Assembly: GCA_964016885.1 (NCBI GenBank) | Contig: OZ024741.1 | Coordinates: 31,868,001-31,932,000, forward strand | Direction: 5' to 3' | Source: Eledone cirrhosa | Lineage: Eukaryota | DNA length: 64,000 bases | Shown here: positions 21,431 through 34,269 of the stretch, piece by piece | Position numbering within the stretch: position 1 is the first letter of the stretch | Layout of the letters: every line of letters begins with the position of its first letter | Notes under the pieces: model-generated | Told to the model about the DNA's origin: nothing | Seen by the model: only the letters and a program-made list of their open reading frames with translations | Databases searched by the model: none | Translations under genes and position numbers: made by a program

Positions 21431-23690
21431 TTGAAAGGATAACAAGGACGATTGATTACTCCTTCATTGAATTTATTGTTAGGTGACGCGCGTTTCGCCA
21501 CTGATCAGCTCAAGGTTCGATCTGTATCGATCCTGCCCGACTCAATAAACGGCGGCTCGACGGACCCTTTAAAATGCTATAAGAAAATGAAATACATGCT
21601 ATGTGGTAAACCCAGAATTTCAAGAGTTTGACAATATGAGTTGTTTTGATTGGTGGGAAGGATCAAAGGGGTGTACTGGCCTGTAGTGTATGTGGGGGTG
21701 GATGTGATGATAAGATGTTGGTGACGGTCGCTGGCTGCGATGGGCTGTGGTGTGGTGGTGCCGGGATGGATTTGGCCTGTAGTGTATGTGGGGGGAGGAT
21801 GTGATGATGAGCTTTTGGTGACGGTCACTGGGTGTTATGGGCTGTAGTGTGGTGGTGGCGGGTTGGCCTTGGCCTGTAATGTATGTGGAGGTGGATGTGA
21901 TGATAAGATGGTGGTTATGGTCGCTTACTGGAATGGACTGTGGTGTGAGGTTAGAGGGTTGTCGGTAGATCGGCTGTCGCGTGTGGGGAGTGGTTGTGGT
22001 GTTGTTATTTATGGTAGTGGCGTTTGTGGTGGTGTGGTGGATGGGTTGGTGGTATCGAGTCCTTGGGGAGATACATACCTAAACACTCTTAGTCTGACAA
22101 AAACGTTGTATATATATATACATATATGTATACATGCGCATATATACTGATTATATATACACACGAATACACCTACATACACACACACATACCCAAGTCC
22201 ACACATATCCACACGCACATATATATCCATATGCGTATATAAACACATGTATGTGCATGCGCGCGTGTGGATATATATATAGGGAGAGTGGGGGAGTATC
22301 TCTGGGGGTGGCGTAGGACAAAGATGAGGGAAGGTGAGAGCCAATGGAGATGGTGTTATACATATAGACATACACATACCTACACACATACACACATACG
22401 GATATGCGCACATACACGTACATACACGTATACATAAACATACACACACACACGTATACACACACATACACACACACACACACGTATACCCACACATACA
22501 CATACACATACACACACACATACATGTATATATACACATACATATATATATATACATATATATATGCATACACGCCCGCATATGTATACGCACGTATATG
22601 TAAAAAATACTTACATACAGACACACACACTTGCGTTGGTTCGACTTGTGTCTGGTGGTGGAGTTGTGAGCGACAAAAATATACAGGATCGAATAGTACG
22701 GTGGGTTACAGGTTAAAAGGGGACACAGGGAACGCGGGGGAAAAGAGTTTATGGACGTATAGCGATGTGTGTTGTGGTCATGGTGGTGGTGGTGGTGCTG
22801 GGGTGATATGTTCGACAAAATGATTACATGATCAGAAGTTACGGTGGGTTACAGGGTAAGGCAGACGGGGGGCGGCTATAACACAGTCGATCTGGGAGTG
22901 AGGGATGATATGTGTTGATGATGTTAATGATGTTAATGATTGTTGAAGTATGTGGATGTATTTAGTGGTGGCGGTGGTTGTGTGTGCGACAGTACATTTA
23001 CAGGGTCGAATTTAGCGTCGGGTTGTAGGTTAGGGTTGACAGAGGGAACATGGGAGGATAAGGTTGCGGGTGTGGATGGTAGACATATGACGATGTGTGG
23101 TGGTGGTGGCGATGTTGTGATATGATCGACATTGCATTTACAGGATCAGATGTTACTATGGTTTGCAAGGTAAAACCTGTCAGAGAGGACAGATAGAACA
23201 CAATGTTGCAAGGATGAGGGGTGTATAACGATGTGATTTTTGGTGGGGGTGATGTATGCGGCATGATATACGAAATACGGGCTTACAAATGGTTAGATGC
23301 AATACAATAAAATAAATTCAATAAATAAATTCGCTGAGATGGGCGATGGTGAGACGGGGCAGAGCTGGTTATTATTATGCTGGGTCATGTTTAGTGCGCG
23401 GTCCTCCCCCGAATGTTTCTGCGGAAAATGTGTTCAGCCTGGTGTGTTTGCAATTGACAATTATGACCGACCTATAGTTTATGGCAGATTTTAATTTAAT
23501 TATTTCTGCCGCCTCAGCCAGGCATAATCTGCAGTGGATTCTGTCACTTGGGACTTGTACCACGCGTCTTTTCACTGACCACGAGATCTGGGGTTCGATA
23601 TTCCTGTCCTTGAGGTCCCATATCAAATCGGCCAGTCTGGTTTGGGATCATTTCAGCCTATGTTTAAAGGAGCTTCTGTGGTTATACATA
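21431..23690 (-). mobile_element. 5'-truncated Penelope-like element: GIY-YIG C-terminus plus long 3' region
   Basis: ORF 23375..23626 (IWDLKD..ISWSV..CRLCLAE..CKH) matches the C-termini of the other two PLEs. (AT)n at both ends; decayed hammerhead half-motif GGC-GAAACGCGCGTC near 21484-21500 on the minus strand. Confidence 0.7.
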
Positions 23691-23694
23691 TGGT

Positions 23695-23727
<33 letters not shown>

Positions 23728-23925
23728 TAGGTATAGGATTATCCTAGATGCAGTAATGGTTAATTACTACACTGGATAGAGTTGACGTACGGTGAGAGGT
23801 TACTCAACGAGTTATGGAAGAATTGTTGAAGAAACTTAGTCCCTGATCCTTCTGTATTCCGGAGTGTAGATAAAGAATGAATAATAATAACAGGTAGACA
23901 TAATAAAAAGGTAATTTATTCTGTG

Positions 23926-24037
23926 TGCTTACAAATGTTTCCACTGTGGTTATACAGCCTAGTTATGCTATGTGCAAAGTTATAACTATTTGCAAAACTC
24001 AATTATCAAATGCTTCGACCACTGTATCATCAGAGCA
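23926..24037 (-). ncRNA. Type I hammerhead ribozyme in PLE pseudo-LTR, long stem II
   Basis: TGCT-CTGATGA-TACaGTGGT...ACCACaGTG-GAAAC-ATTT-GTA-AGCA; GUA site. Confidence 0.75.
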
Positions 24038-24554
24038 GAATGGTTAAAATGTACAATGTAAATACCCTTAAGTCCCCTAAGTGAGGTTATTGGGGAATAT
24101 AGAGTAGAAAAGGAAGAGAGAAAAGAAGGGGAGAGGAAGAGAGAGAGAAAGATATGCAGTGGTTGGAAAAATGTGAGAGAGTGGTTTGTAGATATCTTAA
24201 TCAAAATGTTGTAGTAGGGGTTTTATTATACTGGTTACTCTTAAAGCGACCACCTTAAGCGGTACGTTGATAGTCAAGGTTGGAATTATTTATTGCCCCA
24301 GAGGGCAGGTTCATAGATGTAAAGAGGGAGGGAGGTAGGCCTAGGGCGAGAGATAGAGAGTGGAATGGATAGAGAGGGAGAGATAGAGAGGGGACAGACG
24401 AAAGCTATGGGGTGGGTGAAAATTGGGTTCATAGTAGTAATCTACGAATTGCACTAAGTTCCCATTTATAGTGATAAGCAGGGTATTGTCTTGTAGTGTG
24501 GGGGGAGAGAAAGTGGTTAGCTAGAAAGCAATGTTATAGTTACGGGTTCGAATG

Positions 24555-26480
24555 TTAAGTTATTTTATAGTGAGAGAATTTAGCTTTCAGTTTGTGGTTG
24601 CAGTATAATGATCGTTCGATTCTATCATTTAGTAATTTATTTTTGGATTTTAAGATGTAAAAGAGTTCAAGGTTACATAACCTACAGTACTTCAATCCAT
24701 TCCGATATGCACTTGCGCTGGAAAATATATCCCATTTCAAGGTGAACTGTTGGTTGCGTTCACGGAGTTGTCAGGTCTTTTTGGCGAGCATGGTCACAAA
24801 ACGGTGATCAGGATGTTTAATTGAGAATCGATGACGGTACCAGCGAGATTTAAACGAGGTAGTGGTAGATCCGATGTAATACCATTTCTGGTCGTTCGAT
24901 TCAACCGTGCATTGGGAAACAATGTTGGACTTTAGGCATTTATCCCTTAATGGACATCTTTCAGGTAGGTGGCAGTTGCAGTTTTTGTTGTGGGTAGCGG
25001 TCTACCATGGATAGGTTGTGATAGCAGTACAGGTGGGTTGTGTAATACCCGTCTCCCATTTAGTGGTTGGGAGGCCGATATTACGTTATACTCATCTGTT
25101 ATTAAAATATTTTGTTTTGTAGTGTTGTTTAATTGCTTTAAGTTAAGTTTTTTTTATGTATGCTTCAAGGTTTGGTGCCGTGGAGTATGATAGTCTAATA
25201 GTTTTAGAGTTCAGAATTTTACTGTATTTATGGGAACTAGGGAAATGCTTGTTGATTAACTTAAAGAATGAAAGAGATAGTTTTGTACTAATCGAAGCAT
25301 TAAAAATAGGATTATACCAGATATGCTTTCAACAACGTGATTTATTTGGTGATGATTTTCTATTATCAGAATGTCTGGTGGTACTACGTGTGTGCGCTTG
25401 TATTTCAGTACCCCGGTTACGCATTCCTTGATTTCGTGTAGAGCTATGTGTGTTATGGAGATTCTTATCAATGTATTCTATTGTATCCCGGTGGTCGGCA
25501 TTCCTTAATGCATTATTATAGTATTCAGCGTGTTCACTAAAAATCTCAGAGTCAGAAGATAGGCGAGAGATTCTAAGAGAAATACTACGGGGAACCGATT
25601 TGATCATGGAAAGTGGGTGGTTTGAGTTAAAATTGATATAAGTAAGGTTCTCATTTATCTTGTGGAAGGGTCGTATCAGTCCGGTATTTAAATTAAGAGT
25701 TACGTCTAGAAAATTTACTACTTTAAGATTGTATTCGTACGTTATTTTTAGACCCAGTTCACTAAAAGATTTTCTAATATTTTTCCGTAGCCTTTTAAGA
25801 TTTTGGTTATTTAAGTTATTAACTAATAAGAGCCCGTCATTTCTGTATATTCCCCCCTGTAGATTACTAAATTTACTATGTAGTATGTAGGCTATGTAAA
25901 TTCCCGCAAGATCCGTGACCTCCGCTGAGTCGTTGGAACCCATGGTAATGTCGAAGTTTGTGGGTCTGTCCTTACGTTCCCAGTAGCAGTTATCAAACTT
26001 GATAATAGTTTTTCTAGCCTCGAGAATAATATTAATCTCGTCCTCCGTTAGGTCGCAATTGACTTTAGCAAATGATAGGGCCTTACGTAAAGTGCCGGGT
26101 GAGATTGAAGAGTAGTATTCGTCTATGTCAAATTGTATAAACTTAGATTTATTCTTGTTCTTAACGTTATTAAACCAGCGAATTGCTTCGCTAGTGTTGC
26201 TCCATAGTTTAATTTGAATTATCTTTTTCACTTGAGTTATTACTCTGTCAAGTATATGTTTGCTAATTTTTCCTATGTCTGATTTAGAAGGGCATATAAG
26301 TCTAATCTTAGGGTTAGAGTCAACATTTACCTTATGGTCCTTCAGGTTAAAGGTGGGGGTTGCGGGTATAATCGGCTCGGTTCTATCGTTTATCTTGAGA
26401 TTCTTCACCACTTTGTATGCCTCCTTGTTAATATTTGCTAGCGTAGTTTCACTTGTTTTCCTATATTTTTTGTGTAGTTC
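24555..26480 (-). pseudogene. Disrupted PLE RT and GIY-YIG coding region
   Basis: FIQFDIDEYY, MGSNDSAE, IYRNDGL (catalytic D mutated), FLDVTLNL; downstream CNCHLPERCPLRDKCL, WYYIGST, CRLCNLE; frameshifts present. Confidence 0.85.
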
Positions 26481-27114
26481 ATTGAACTCTTTTACATCTT
26501 AAAATCCAAAAATAAATTATTTAATGATAGAATCGAACGATCATTATACTGCAACCACAAACTGAAAGCTAAATTCTCTCACTATAAAATAACTTAACAT
26601 TCGAACCCGTAACTATAACATTGCTTTCTAGCTAACCACTTTCTCTCCCCCCACACTACAAGACAATACCCTGCTTATCACTATAAATGGGAACTTAGTG
26701 CAATTCGTAGATTACTACTATGAATCCAATGTTCACCCACCCCATAGCTTTCGTCTGTCCCCTCTCTATCTCTCCCTCTCTATCCATTCCACTCTCTATC
26801 TCTCGCCCTAGGCCTACCTTCCTCCCTCTCCACATCTATGAACCTGCTCTCTGGGGCAATAAATAATTCCAACCTTGACTATCAACGTACCGCTTAAGGT
26901 GGTCGCTTTGAGAGCAACCAGTAAAATAAAACCCCTACTACAACATTTTGATTAAGATATCTACAAACCACTCTCTCACATTTCTCCATCCCCTGCATAT
27001 CTTTCTCTCTCTCTTCCTCTCCCCTTCTTTTCTCTCTTCCTTTTCTAATCTATCTTCCCCAATAACCTCACTTAAGGGACTTAAGGGTATTTACATTGTA
27101 CATTTTAACCATTC

Positions 27115-27226
27115 TGCTCTGATGATACAGTGGTCGAAGCATTTGATAATTGAGTTTTGCAAATAGTTATAACTTTGCACATATCATAACTAGGCTGTAT
27201 AACCACCGTGGAAACATTTGTAAGCA
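27115..27226 (+). ncRNA. Type I hammerhead ribozyme, inverted pseudo-LTR copy
   Basis: TGCT-CTGATGA-TACaGTGGT...ACCACcGTG-GAAAC-ATTT-GTA-AGCA. Confidence 0.75.
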
Positions 27227-27319
27227 CACAGAATAAATTACCTTTTTATGATGTCTATCTGTTATTATTATTCATTCTTTATATATTATATATATATGTC
27301 AAAGTCCTTTATTGATCAT

Positions 27320-27385
27320 GCTGTGATACATATTTCAATGATGACAGTGGCCACACGATTCTGTGCCATGACATCATCAGACAGC
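27320..27385 (-). ncRNA. Type I hammerhead motif in a small non-coding module
   Basis: Minus strand reads GCTGT-CTGATGA-tgtca..TGGC..GCCA..tcatt-GAAA-TATGT-ATC-ACAGC. Its 3' half recurs inverted at about 27422-27461. Confidence 0.6.
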
Positions 27386-27585
27386 TTCTTATATAATAAG
27401 GTTACGTTCCCAATTAGGATACATTGAAATATGTATCACAGCATTATCAATAAAGGACTTTAACATCTGAAACTACTTCGTATTTTTTCATTCTAAATAT
27501 ACTCCGTTTTCCTATGTGGAAAAAATACGCCTAGTGCTTGAATTGAATTGCATCAATGTTTACCGTTAGTATATATATATATAAT

Positions 27586-27743
27586 AAATTATTTAACCTG
27601 ATAGTGGGGTTAAGAACCCTCGGAGAAATGGTAAAAGATGAGTATTGACGTACAAAGATGAATATTGACGTACATGTATGTCAATACTCATCTTTTTCCA
27701 TTTCTCCGAGGGTTCTTAACCCCACTATCAGGCTAAATAATTT
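27586..27743. repeat. Short fold-back inverted repeat with arms of about 68 bp
   Basis: cctgatagtggggttaagaaccctcggagaaatgg / ccatttctccgagggttcttaaccccactatcagg. Confidence 0.8.
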
Positions 27744-28124
27744 CTTTAATTTCTTTAGTCAAAATACGGCGATAGCTTACAATTATAATAATTTAAAACC
27801 CGCTCGCTGTTTCGAAAAATATTCTTACATATATATTTAAGTTTCTACGTAGGTTTTTATTTATAAATAATATACCCGTGGGTGCTCCAGAAATTCTGCT
27901 CTGCAGGAAGAGTTACAGCTACGTCTGCAAATTGAGGATACGATTCTTCTTTTTACAAACAGTTTCATCGGCTTTAAAAAGGGTCTGGGCCGCAACTATT
28001 CAAACATTGACTAAGAAAAATAAGATGTAGAACAATGAGATAAAGTTGATATTAAATTAATGCGAATAACAGTCTTGCTGTTTTTAAGCATTTTATTGGC
28101 ATCATCAGAAATAAAAAAAATCTA

Positions 28125-28164
28125 GTGATGATGATAATGATGATGATGATGATGATGATGGTGG

Positions 28165-28232
<68 letters not shown>

Positions 28233-28239
28233 GTGATGG

Positions 28240-28271
<32 letters not shown>

Positions 28272-28790
28272 ATGATGATGATTATGGTGGTGGTGGTGGT
28301 GATGATGATGGTGGTGGTGATAACAACAGTAGCAACAACTATGACAAGGACGATGAAAATATTGATGCACATGATGATGACGATGTTGATGATGATGATG
28401 ATGATGTTGATGATGAAGATGAAGATGATGATGATGAAGATGATGATGATGTGATAATGATGACGATGACGATGATGATGATGATGTTGATGATGAAGAT
28501 GAAGATGATGATGATGAAGATGATGATGATGTGATAATGATGACGATGACGATGATGATGATGATGATGATGATGAAAATGATGATGATGATGATGTGAT
28601 AATGATGATGATGATGATGATGATGTGATGATGATGGTGATGATGATGATGATGTGATAATGATGATGATGATGATGATGATGTGATGATGGTGATGATG
28701 ATGATGATGTGATGATGATGGTGATGATGATGATGATGTGATAATGATGATGATGATGATGATGATGTGATGATGGTGATGATGATGATC
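28125..28790. repeat. (GAT)n-based compound microsatellite
   Basis: Directly visible. Confidence 0.95.
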
Positions 28791-28879
28791 CTTTTGATAA
28801 TTGTCAATAACAATTCCTATTATTATAGCCCGCGCTTTAAATTCATACATGTACAGACAAAAATATATCAGTGTTTTCT

Positions 28880-29370
28880 ATAGGGGGAGGAGGGGGAGGA
28901 GCAGAAGGAGGGAAAGGGGTGGAGAATGACGGGGAGGGAGAGAAGGGGGCGGAGGAGGAGAAGGAATTGGAGAGCTGTGAAGAGAAGATGGAGAAGGAGA
29001 AAGAGTAGGATGAAGAGGAGGGGGGGGGATGAAAAGAGGAGGGAAATAGAAGAAAGAGAAGAAGGAGATGGATGAGGAGGGAGAGAAGCAGGCGGAGGAG
29101 GAGAAGGAATTGGAGAGCTGTGAAGAGAAGAAGGTGGAGAAGAAGAAAGAGTAGGCTGAAGAGGAGCGGTGGGGGGGGGTGAGGAGAGTAGGGAAATAGA
29201 AGTAAGAGAAGAAGGAGAAGGATGAGGAGGGAGAGAAGGAGGCGGAGGAGGAGAGGGAATTGGAGAGCTGTGAAGAGAAGAAGGTGGAGAAGGAGTAAGA
29301 GTAGGCTAAAAAGGAGGTGGGAGAGGATGAAGATGAGGAGAGTAGGGAAATAGAAGAAAGAGAAGAAGAA
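28880..29370. repeat. Polypurine tandem repeat, about 145-150-bp unit, three copies
   Basis: ggcggaggaggagaaggaattggagagctgtgaagagaag recurs at about 28948, 29091 and 29241. Confidence 0.8.
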
Positions 29371-29579
29371 AAACAACAACAATAGTAACAACAATGGCAA
29401 CAGCAACAACAACAACAAAGACAAGAAACAAACAACAAAAACTGCAACAGAAAAAACAAAACAACTATCTGTAATAAAACAATAGAAAGTACAAGAGGAG
29501 AAATGATGGAGTATAACTATTTTTATAACAGACAAATGCCACGGATTCCACAAATAGAATTCAAAACACATCGAATACT

Positions 29580-29642
29580 CATCATCATCATCATCATCGT
29601 CGTCGTCATTATCATCCATATTCTGCTCCTCCTCCTCCTCCC

Positions 29643-29693
<51 letters not shown>

Positions 29694-30440
29694 TATCGTC
29701 GTCATTATCATCACCATCATCATCACCATCACCATCACCATCATCATCATCATCATAATTATCATCATCAACATCAGTATTTTAGTAAGTTTAAACAGAA
29801 TAACAAGTATAACAATACAAACGTATATATATATATTATATATATATATACATATATTTCTTCCTAATGAAAGGCCACATATAATACAGAAACATTGATA
29901 ATACCACTAAGTACAAATATGAATAATAACCAAAACAATAACAACTACAACAAGAATAAGAAGACCCGCCACAGCTATTATATCAATAGCGACTAATATA
30001 AAGATAATAAACAATAATAGCATCACCACCACCACCAACACCACTGCCACCACCACCAATACCACAGCCACTATCACCACCACAGTCACCATTATCACTT
30101 CCACCCCCACCACCAACACCACTGCCATCACCACCTCCACCACCACCACCACGACTACAACTACCACCGCCACCACCGCTACCACCACCCCAACAACCAC
30201 CACCACCAACTACAACAACAGCAACAGCAAAACTAACAGCGACAATAACAATAACAACAGCAAAAGCAACGTTAACAACAACAATAACAAAACCTGCCAC
30301 CACAATTTTATTAATAGCGACCAATATAATGATAATAAACAACAATATCATCACCACAAACAACAACAACGACAACGACAGCAACGACGACAACAACAAC
30401 ATCAACATCAACATCAACAACAACAACAACAACAACAAAA
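29580..30440. repeat. (CAT)n, (CAC)n and (CAA)n simple repeats
   Basis: Directly visible. Confidence 0.9.
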
Positions 30441-30689
30441 TTAACAAAGATAATACCAATAACAACAGCAAAAACGTCTGCAACAATCAAAATATAATGA
30501 AAAGGATAATAATTGTTATAATTACAAAATCAATGCTGAATATATCAGCAATTGAAATAATAGAGAACTACTACAAACATACAACACATGTATGGCAAAT
30601 AATAGACAATGTAAACGGGGAAAATACATTAAAGCAAACACAACCAGACGACAACAACAACTACAACGGTCAGAGTATCACTGGACAAC

Positions 30690-32120
30690 AATAACAACAA
30701 TAACAATAGTAACAGCAACAACAACAACGGCCAGTTTAGCAGAGGACTACAACAGCAACAACAACAATAGTAACAACAGCAACAGTAACAACAACAATAA
30801 TAGTAACAATAGCAACAGTAAAACCAACAATAGTAACACTAGCAACAGTAACAACAACAATAGTAACAACAGCAACAACAACAATAGTAACAATAGCAAC
30901 AGTAACAACAACAATAGTAACAATAGCAACAGTAACAATAACAATAGTAACAATAGCAACAGTAACAACAACAACAGTAACAACAACAATAATAGTAACA
31001 ATATCAACAGTAACAACAACAACAACAGTAACAACAACAATGATAGTAACACTAGCAACAGTAACAACAACAATAGTAACAATAAAAACAGTAACAATAA
31101 CAATAGTAACAATAGCAACAGTAACAACAACAATAGTAACAATAGCAACAGTAACAATAACAACAATAATAGTAACAATAGCAACAGTAACAATAACAAC
31201 AATAATAGTAACAATAGCAACATTAACAACAATAATAGCAACAATAGCAACAGTAACAACAACAATAGTAACATTAGCAACAGTAGCAACAATAACTATA
31301 GTAACAATTGCAACAGTAACAACAACAATAACTATAGTAACAATAGCAACAGTAACAACAACAACAACAACAACAACAACAATAGTAACAATAGCAACAG
31401 TAACAACAACAACAATAGTAACAATAGCAACAGTAACACCAACAATAGTAACAATAGCAACAGTATGAACAACAACAATAGTAATAATAGCAACAGTAAC
31501 AACAACAATAGTAACAATAGCAACAGTAACACCAACAATAGCAACAATAGCAACAGTAACACCAACAATAGTAACAATAGCAACAGTAACACCAACAATA
31601 GTAACAATAGCAACAGTAACACCAACAATAGTAACACTAACAACAGTAACACCAACAATAGTAACAATAGCAACAGTAACACCAATAATAGTAACACTAG
31701 CAACAGTAACACCAACAATAGTAACAATAGCAACAGTAACACCAACAATAGTAACAATAGCAACAGTAACACCAACAATAGTAACACTAGCAACAGTAAC
31801 ACCAACAATAGTAACAATAGCAACAGTAACACCAACAATAGTAACAATAGCAACATTATGAACAACAACAATAGTAATAATAGCAACAGTAACAACAATA
31901 ATAGTAACAATAGCAACAGTAACAACAACAACAACAACAACAACAATAGTAACAATAGCAACAGTAACAATAACAACAATAGTAACAATAGCAACATTAA
32001 CAACAATAACTATAGTAACAATAACAAGAACAACAGCAATAGTAAAAAGACCGATAGATGCAACAGTGACAACAGCAACAATAACAACATCATAAGAATA
32101 ATGACAACAATAACAACTAC
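30690..32120. repeat. (AAC)-derived minisatellite with a 30-bp unit accaacaatagtaacaatagcaacagtaac in its core
   Basis: 30-nt periodicity is clear at 31530-31860. The poly-N and poly-L ORFs are artefacts. Confidence 0.9.
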
Positions 32121-32149
32121 GCCAACAACATCTACAAATACAACAATAA

Positions 32150-32335
32150 CAGTTTCTACTTTTGGCACAAGGCCAGCAATTACCCAGTACATTACTGGTA
32201 CTTTACTTTATCGACCCCGTAAGGATGAAAGGCAAAGTGAACCTCGGTGGGATTTGAACTCAGAATGGCAAGGACCGTAACTCTATGCGTCAAAGCATGA
32301 CGTCTGTCTCTCTACCGATACTGCCAATCCACCGC
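32150..32335 (-). mobile_element. SINE family A
   Basis: Reverse complement of the 10211 copy. Confidence 0.8.
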
Positions 32336-32399
32336 AACGATAATGTTGCCACAGCAGCACTGGGCAAAAGCAACAAAACTATCTATTGGATAAAACTGT

Positions 32400-34260
32400 A
32401 GATGTCTACAATGTCTCCAACATTTCACACATAGCTGCCTATTGGCCTATTTCTTGAGGTGAATCAGTAGGCTGGTTGATACTTCGTCAACATTTCAATC
32501 TTCGCACCGGTCACCGTCGAGATCTCAGGCGTTCTCGGTCACCCTACTGCTGAGCTCATCCGCAGGATCGGAACGTTAGCAATCCGCCTGAGGAAGGAGC
32601 CTCGCGAGGCGGGGTAGCTGTTGCAGCGGGTGTCACTGGCCAATGTCTGCTGAAATGCTTCTGCAGACTTGTCCACGTGGCGCAATACCAACTTCCTGCG
32701 CCCTAGGCCCAGAGACCACCACTCCGTCCCTTCTCTTTCTTCTGCGGCCCTATAGTCCTTGCTTTTCCACTCCTTTCCCTCTCATTTATGGTTTTCATAA
32801 TTCTTTCCTTTTCTTTCTCATACAGCCTGATCTGCTCTTCCTTACCTCTTCCCCATTGTCTCATTGCTTCATTTTGCTTATGTCTTTCTTTCTCATATCT
32901 ATTTATTTTTTGAAAATAAAATTTCTATCTCTCTGAAGTTCCGCGCCAAACATGAACCCCGAGCAACTTAACCCCTCTTAGAGTTGTCATGTTAGCTCGA
33001 AAGAAGGAGAAGAAAAGATGATGGGGATATTTACCGTCCTGTAGCTTTTGGTTTTCTAGGTTCTTTGATCTCAATGTGGTTTCCTTCTGGAAACTCTTCA
33101 GAAACAAACTGGTGGTTTCGATATTTAGGTCCCCGATGCCATAAAAAATCTCTGCATCAGGTTTTAGTATTTCTATTTCGATGATTAGTGGTACTTTGAA
33201 GGGCTGGTGTTGAAAATATCTCTATCTGTTTGGATTTCCTCCGTCTTTGATAGGGAAGAGACATCAGTTCTTTGTTTGTCTTTCTATGAGCACAATTATC
33301 GGTGTACGTGGATTTCCTCTCATTTTGTGCTTGCGCATGTTTCCATTTTCTTGTGGGTAGTTGAGTTGATCGTGGTGGTGGTGAAAGGGTTTGTTGTTGT
33401 AGCAAATGTGTCTGTGTGTGATGTGGGTGTGGGTTTCTGCGAGAGTAAGACAATTTTATTTTTTAAAGAATTTTTGTGTCTTTAGTTTTTGATTTCAATT
33501 ATTTTATTTATTTCTTCACATCGAAGAGTTTTCATTGTCTGCAAAAACATACTCAGATCGTGGCGTAAATCCATTTGCGTGCGAGTGTGTGTCTATGTGT
33601 GAATCTCGCTGTTGTTTGATGATATTGATTTCGATGTTGGATCCTTGCTGTTGCAACCAGGGGACCCTGCGATCGCTTGTCTTTCGGTGAAGTCAGAAAA
33701 CACTTACATGGTTGACATCACAGAAAATGTCTGAGTGAGCTTTTCTGCCCTCAACCATGGCATGAAGCTCGAATACATTCCTCAAGCAAATGACGCCTGT
33801 GTTCCTATTTAAATTTTCCTTTTTTTATGAGCAGCACAACCTCCGAACTGCTTTCAGATCTGTTTTCTAACTGTATAGATCTAAAGGAGGTTGATGCTCC
33901 CATTCAGGAACAGGAAATGTCTAGCATTAGTGGAACACTTGTAAATCTGAATCTTAGAATTTTAAAGAAGGTATTCGTCGCTACCCCAGGAGACCACAGG
34001 ATTCGGTTTTGCTGAACGCTTCTTCGCCTTCAAATACCTTTCACTTGCAATGATATTCAAAGAGGTTTCATATTTCCTCTAAAAACCTCACAATCTGAAC
34101 ATTTGGTGTTGCTTCTGGGTGAGTGTTTTCATTGACAGGCAGTGATACACAGATGTTTTTGGTAGTTACTGCCAACTCCTCGAAGGCTAATTGGGCTCTT
34201 CTCTCCTCACATTTGACCAATATTGCCACTTGTATTAGACATGAAAAATGCGCCACAGCA
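32400..34260 (-). pseudogene. Decayed, internally deleted relative of the Tx1 element
   Basis: LHAMVEGRKAH matches LHIMTEGKRPH; RKTNKELM matches RRANKELM; LFLKSFQKETT matches LLKGFPKETP; VKLLGV matches ORF2 VKLLGVWFG. Confidence 0.65.
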
Positions 34261-34269
34261 ACATTTAAG

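Larger units (their letters stand above)
23871..27281 (-). mobile_element. Penelope-like element 2, 5'-truncated, with about 800-bp inverted pseudo-LTR arms (23871-24670 and 26482-27281)
   Basis: Arms are reverse complements; the same 72-aa spurious ORF appears on opposite strands (23986..24204 and 26948..27166). RT and GIY-YIG lie between them. Confidence 0.88.

Noticed and set aside
21484-21520. Functional hammerhead upstream of PLE 1
   Set aside because: Only the GAAACGCGCGTC half is intact; CUGANGA and stem I are missing.
19560-24990. Selenocysteine (TGA) recoding reported for some Naiad PLEs
   Set aside because: The conserved Cys positions in both elements are ordinary Cys codons, and the internal stop in element 1 is TAA.
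28052-32280. Poly-His, Met, Ile, Leu and Asn ORFs
   Set aside because: Translations of trinucleotide microsatellites.
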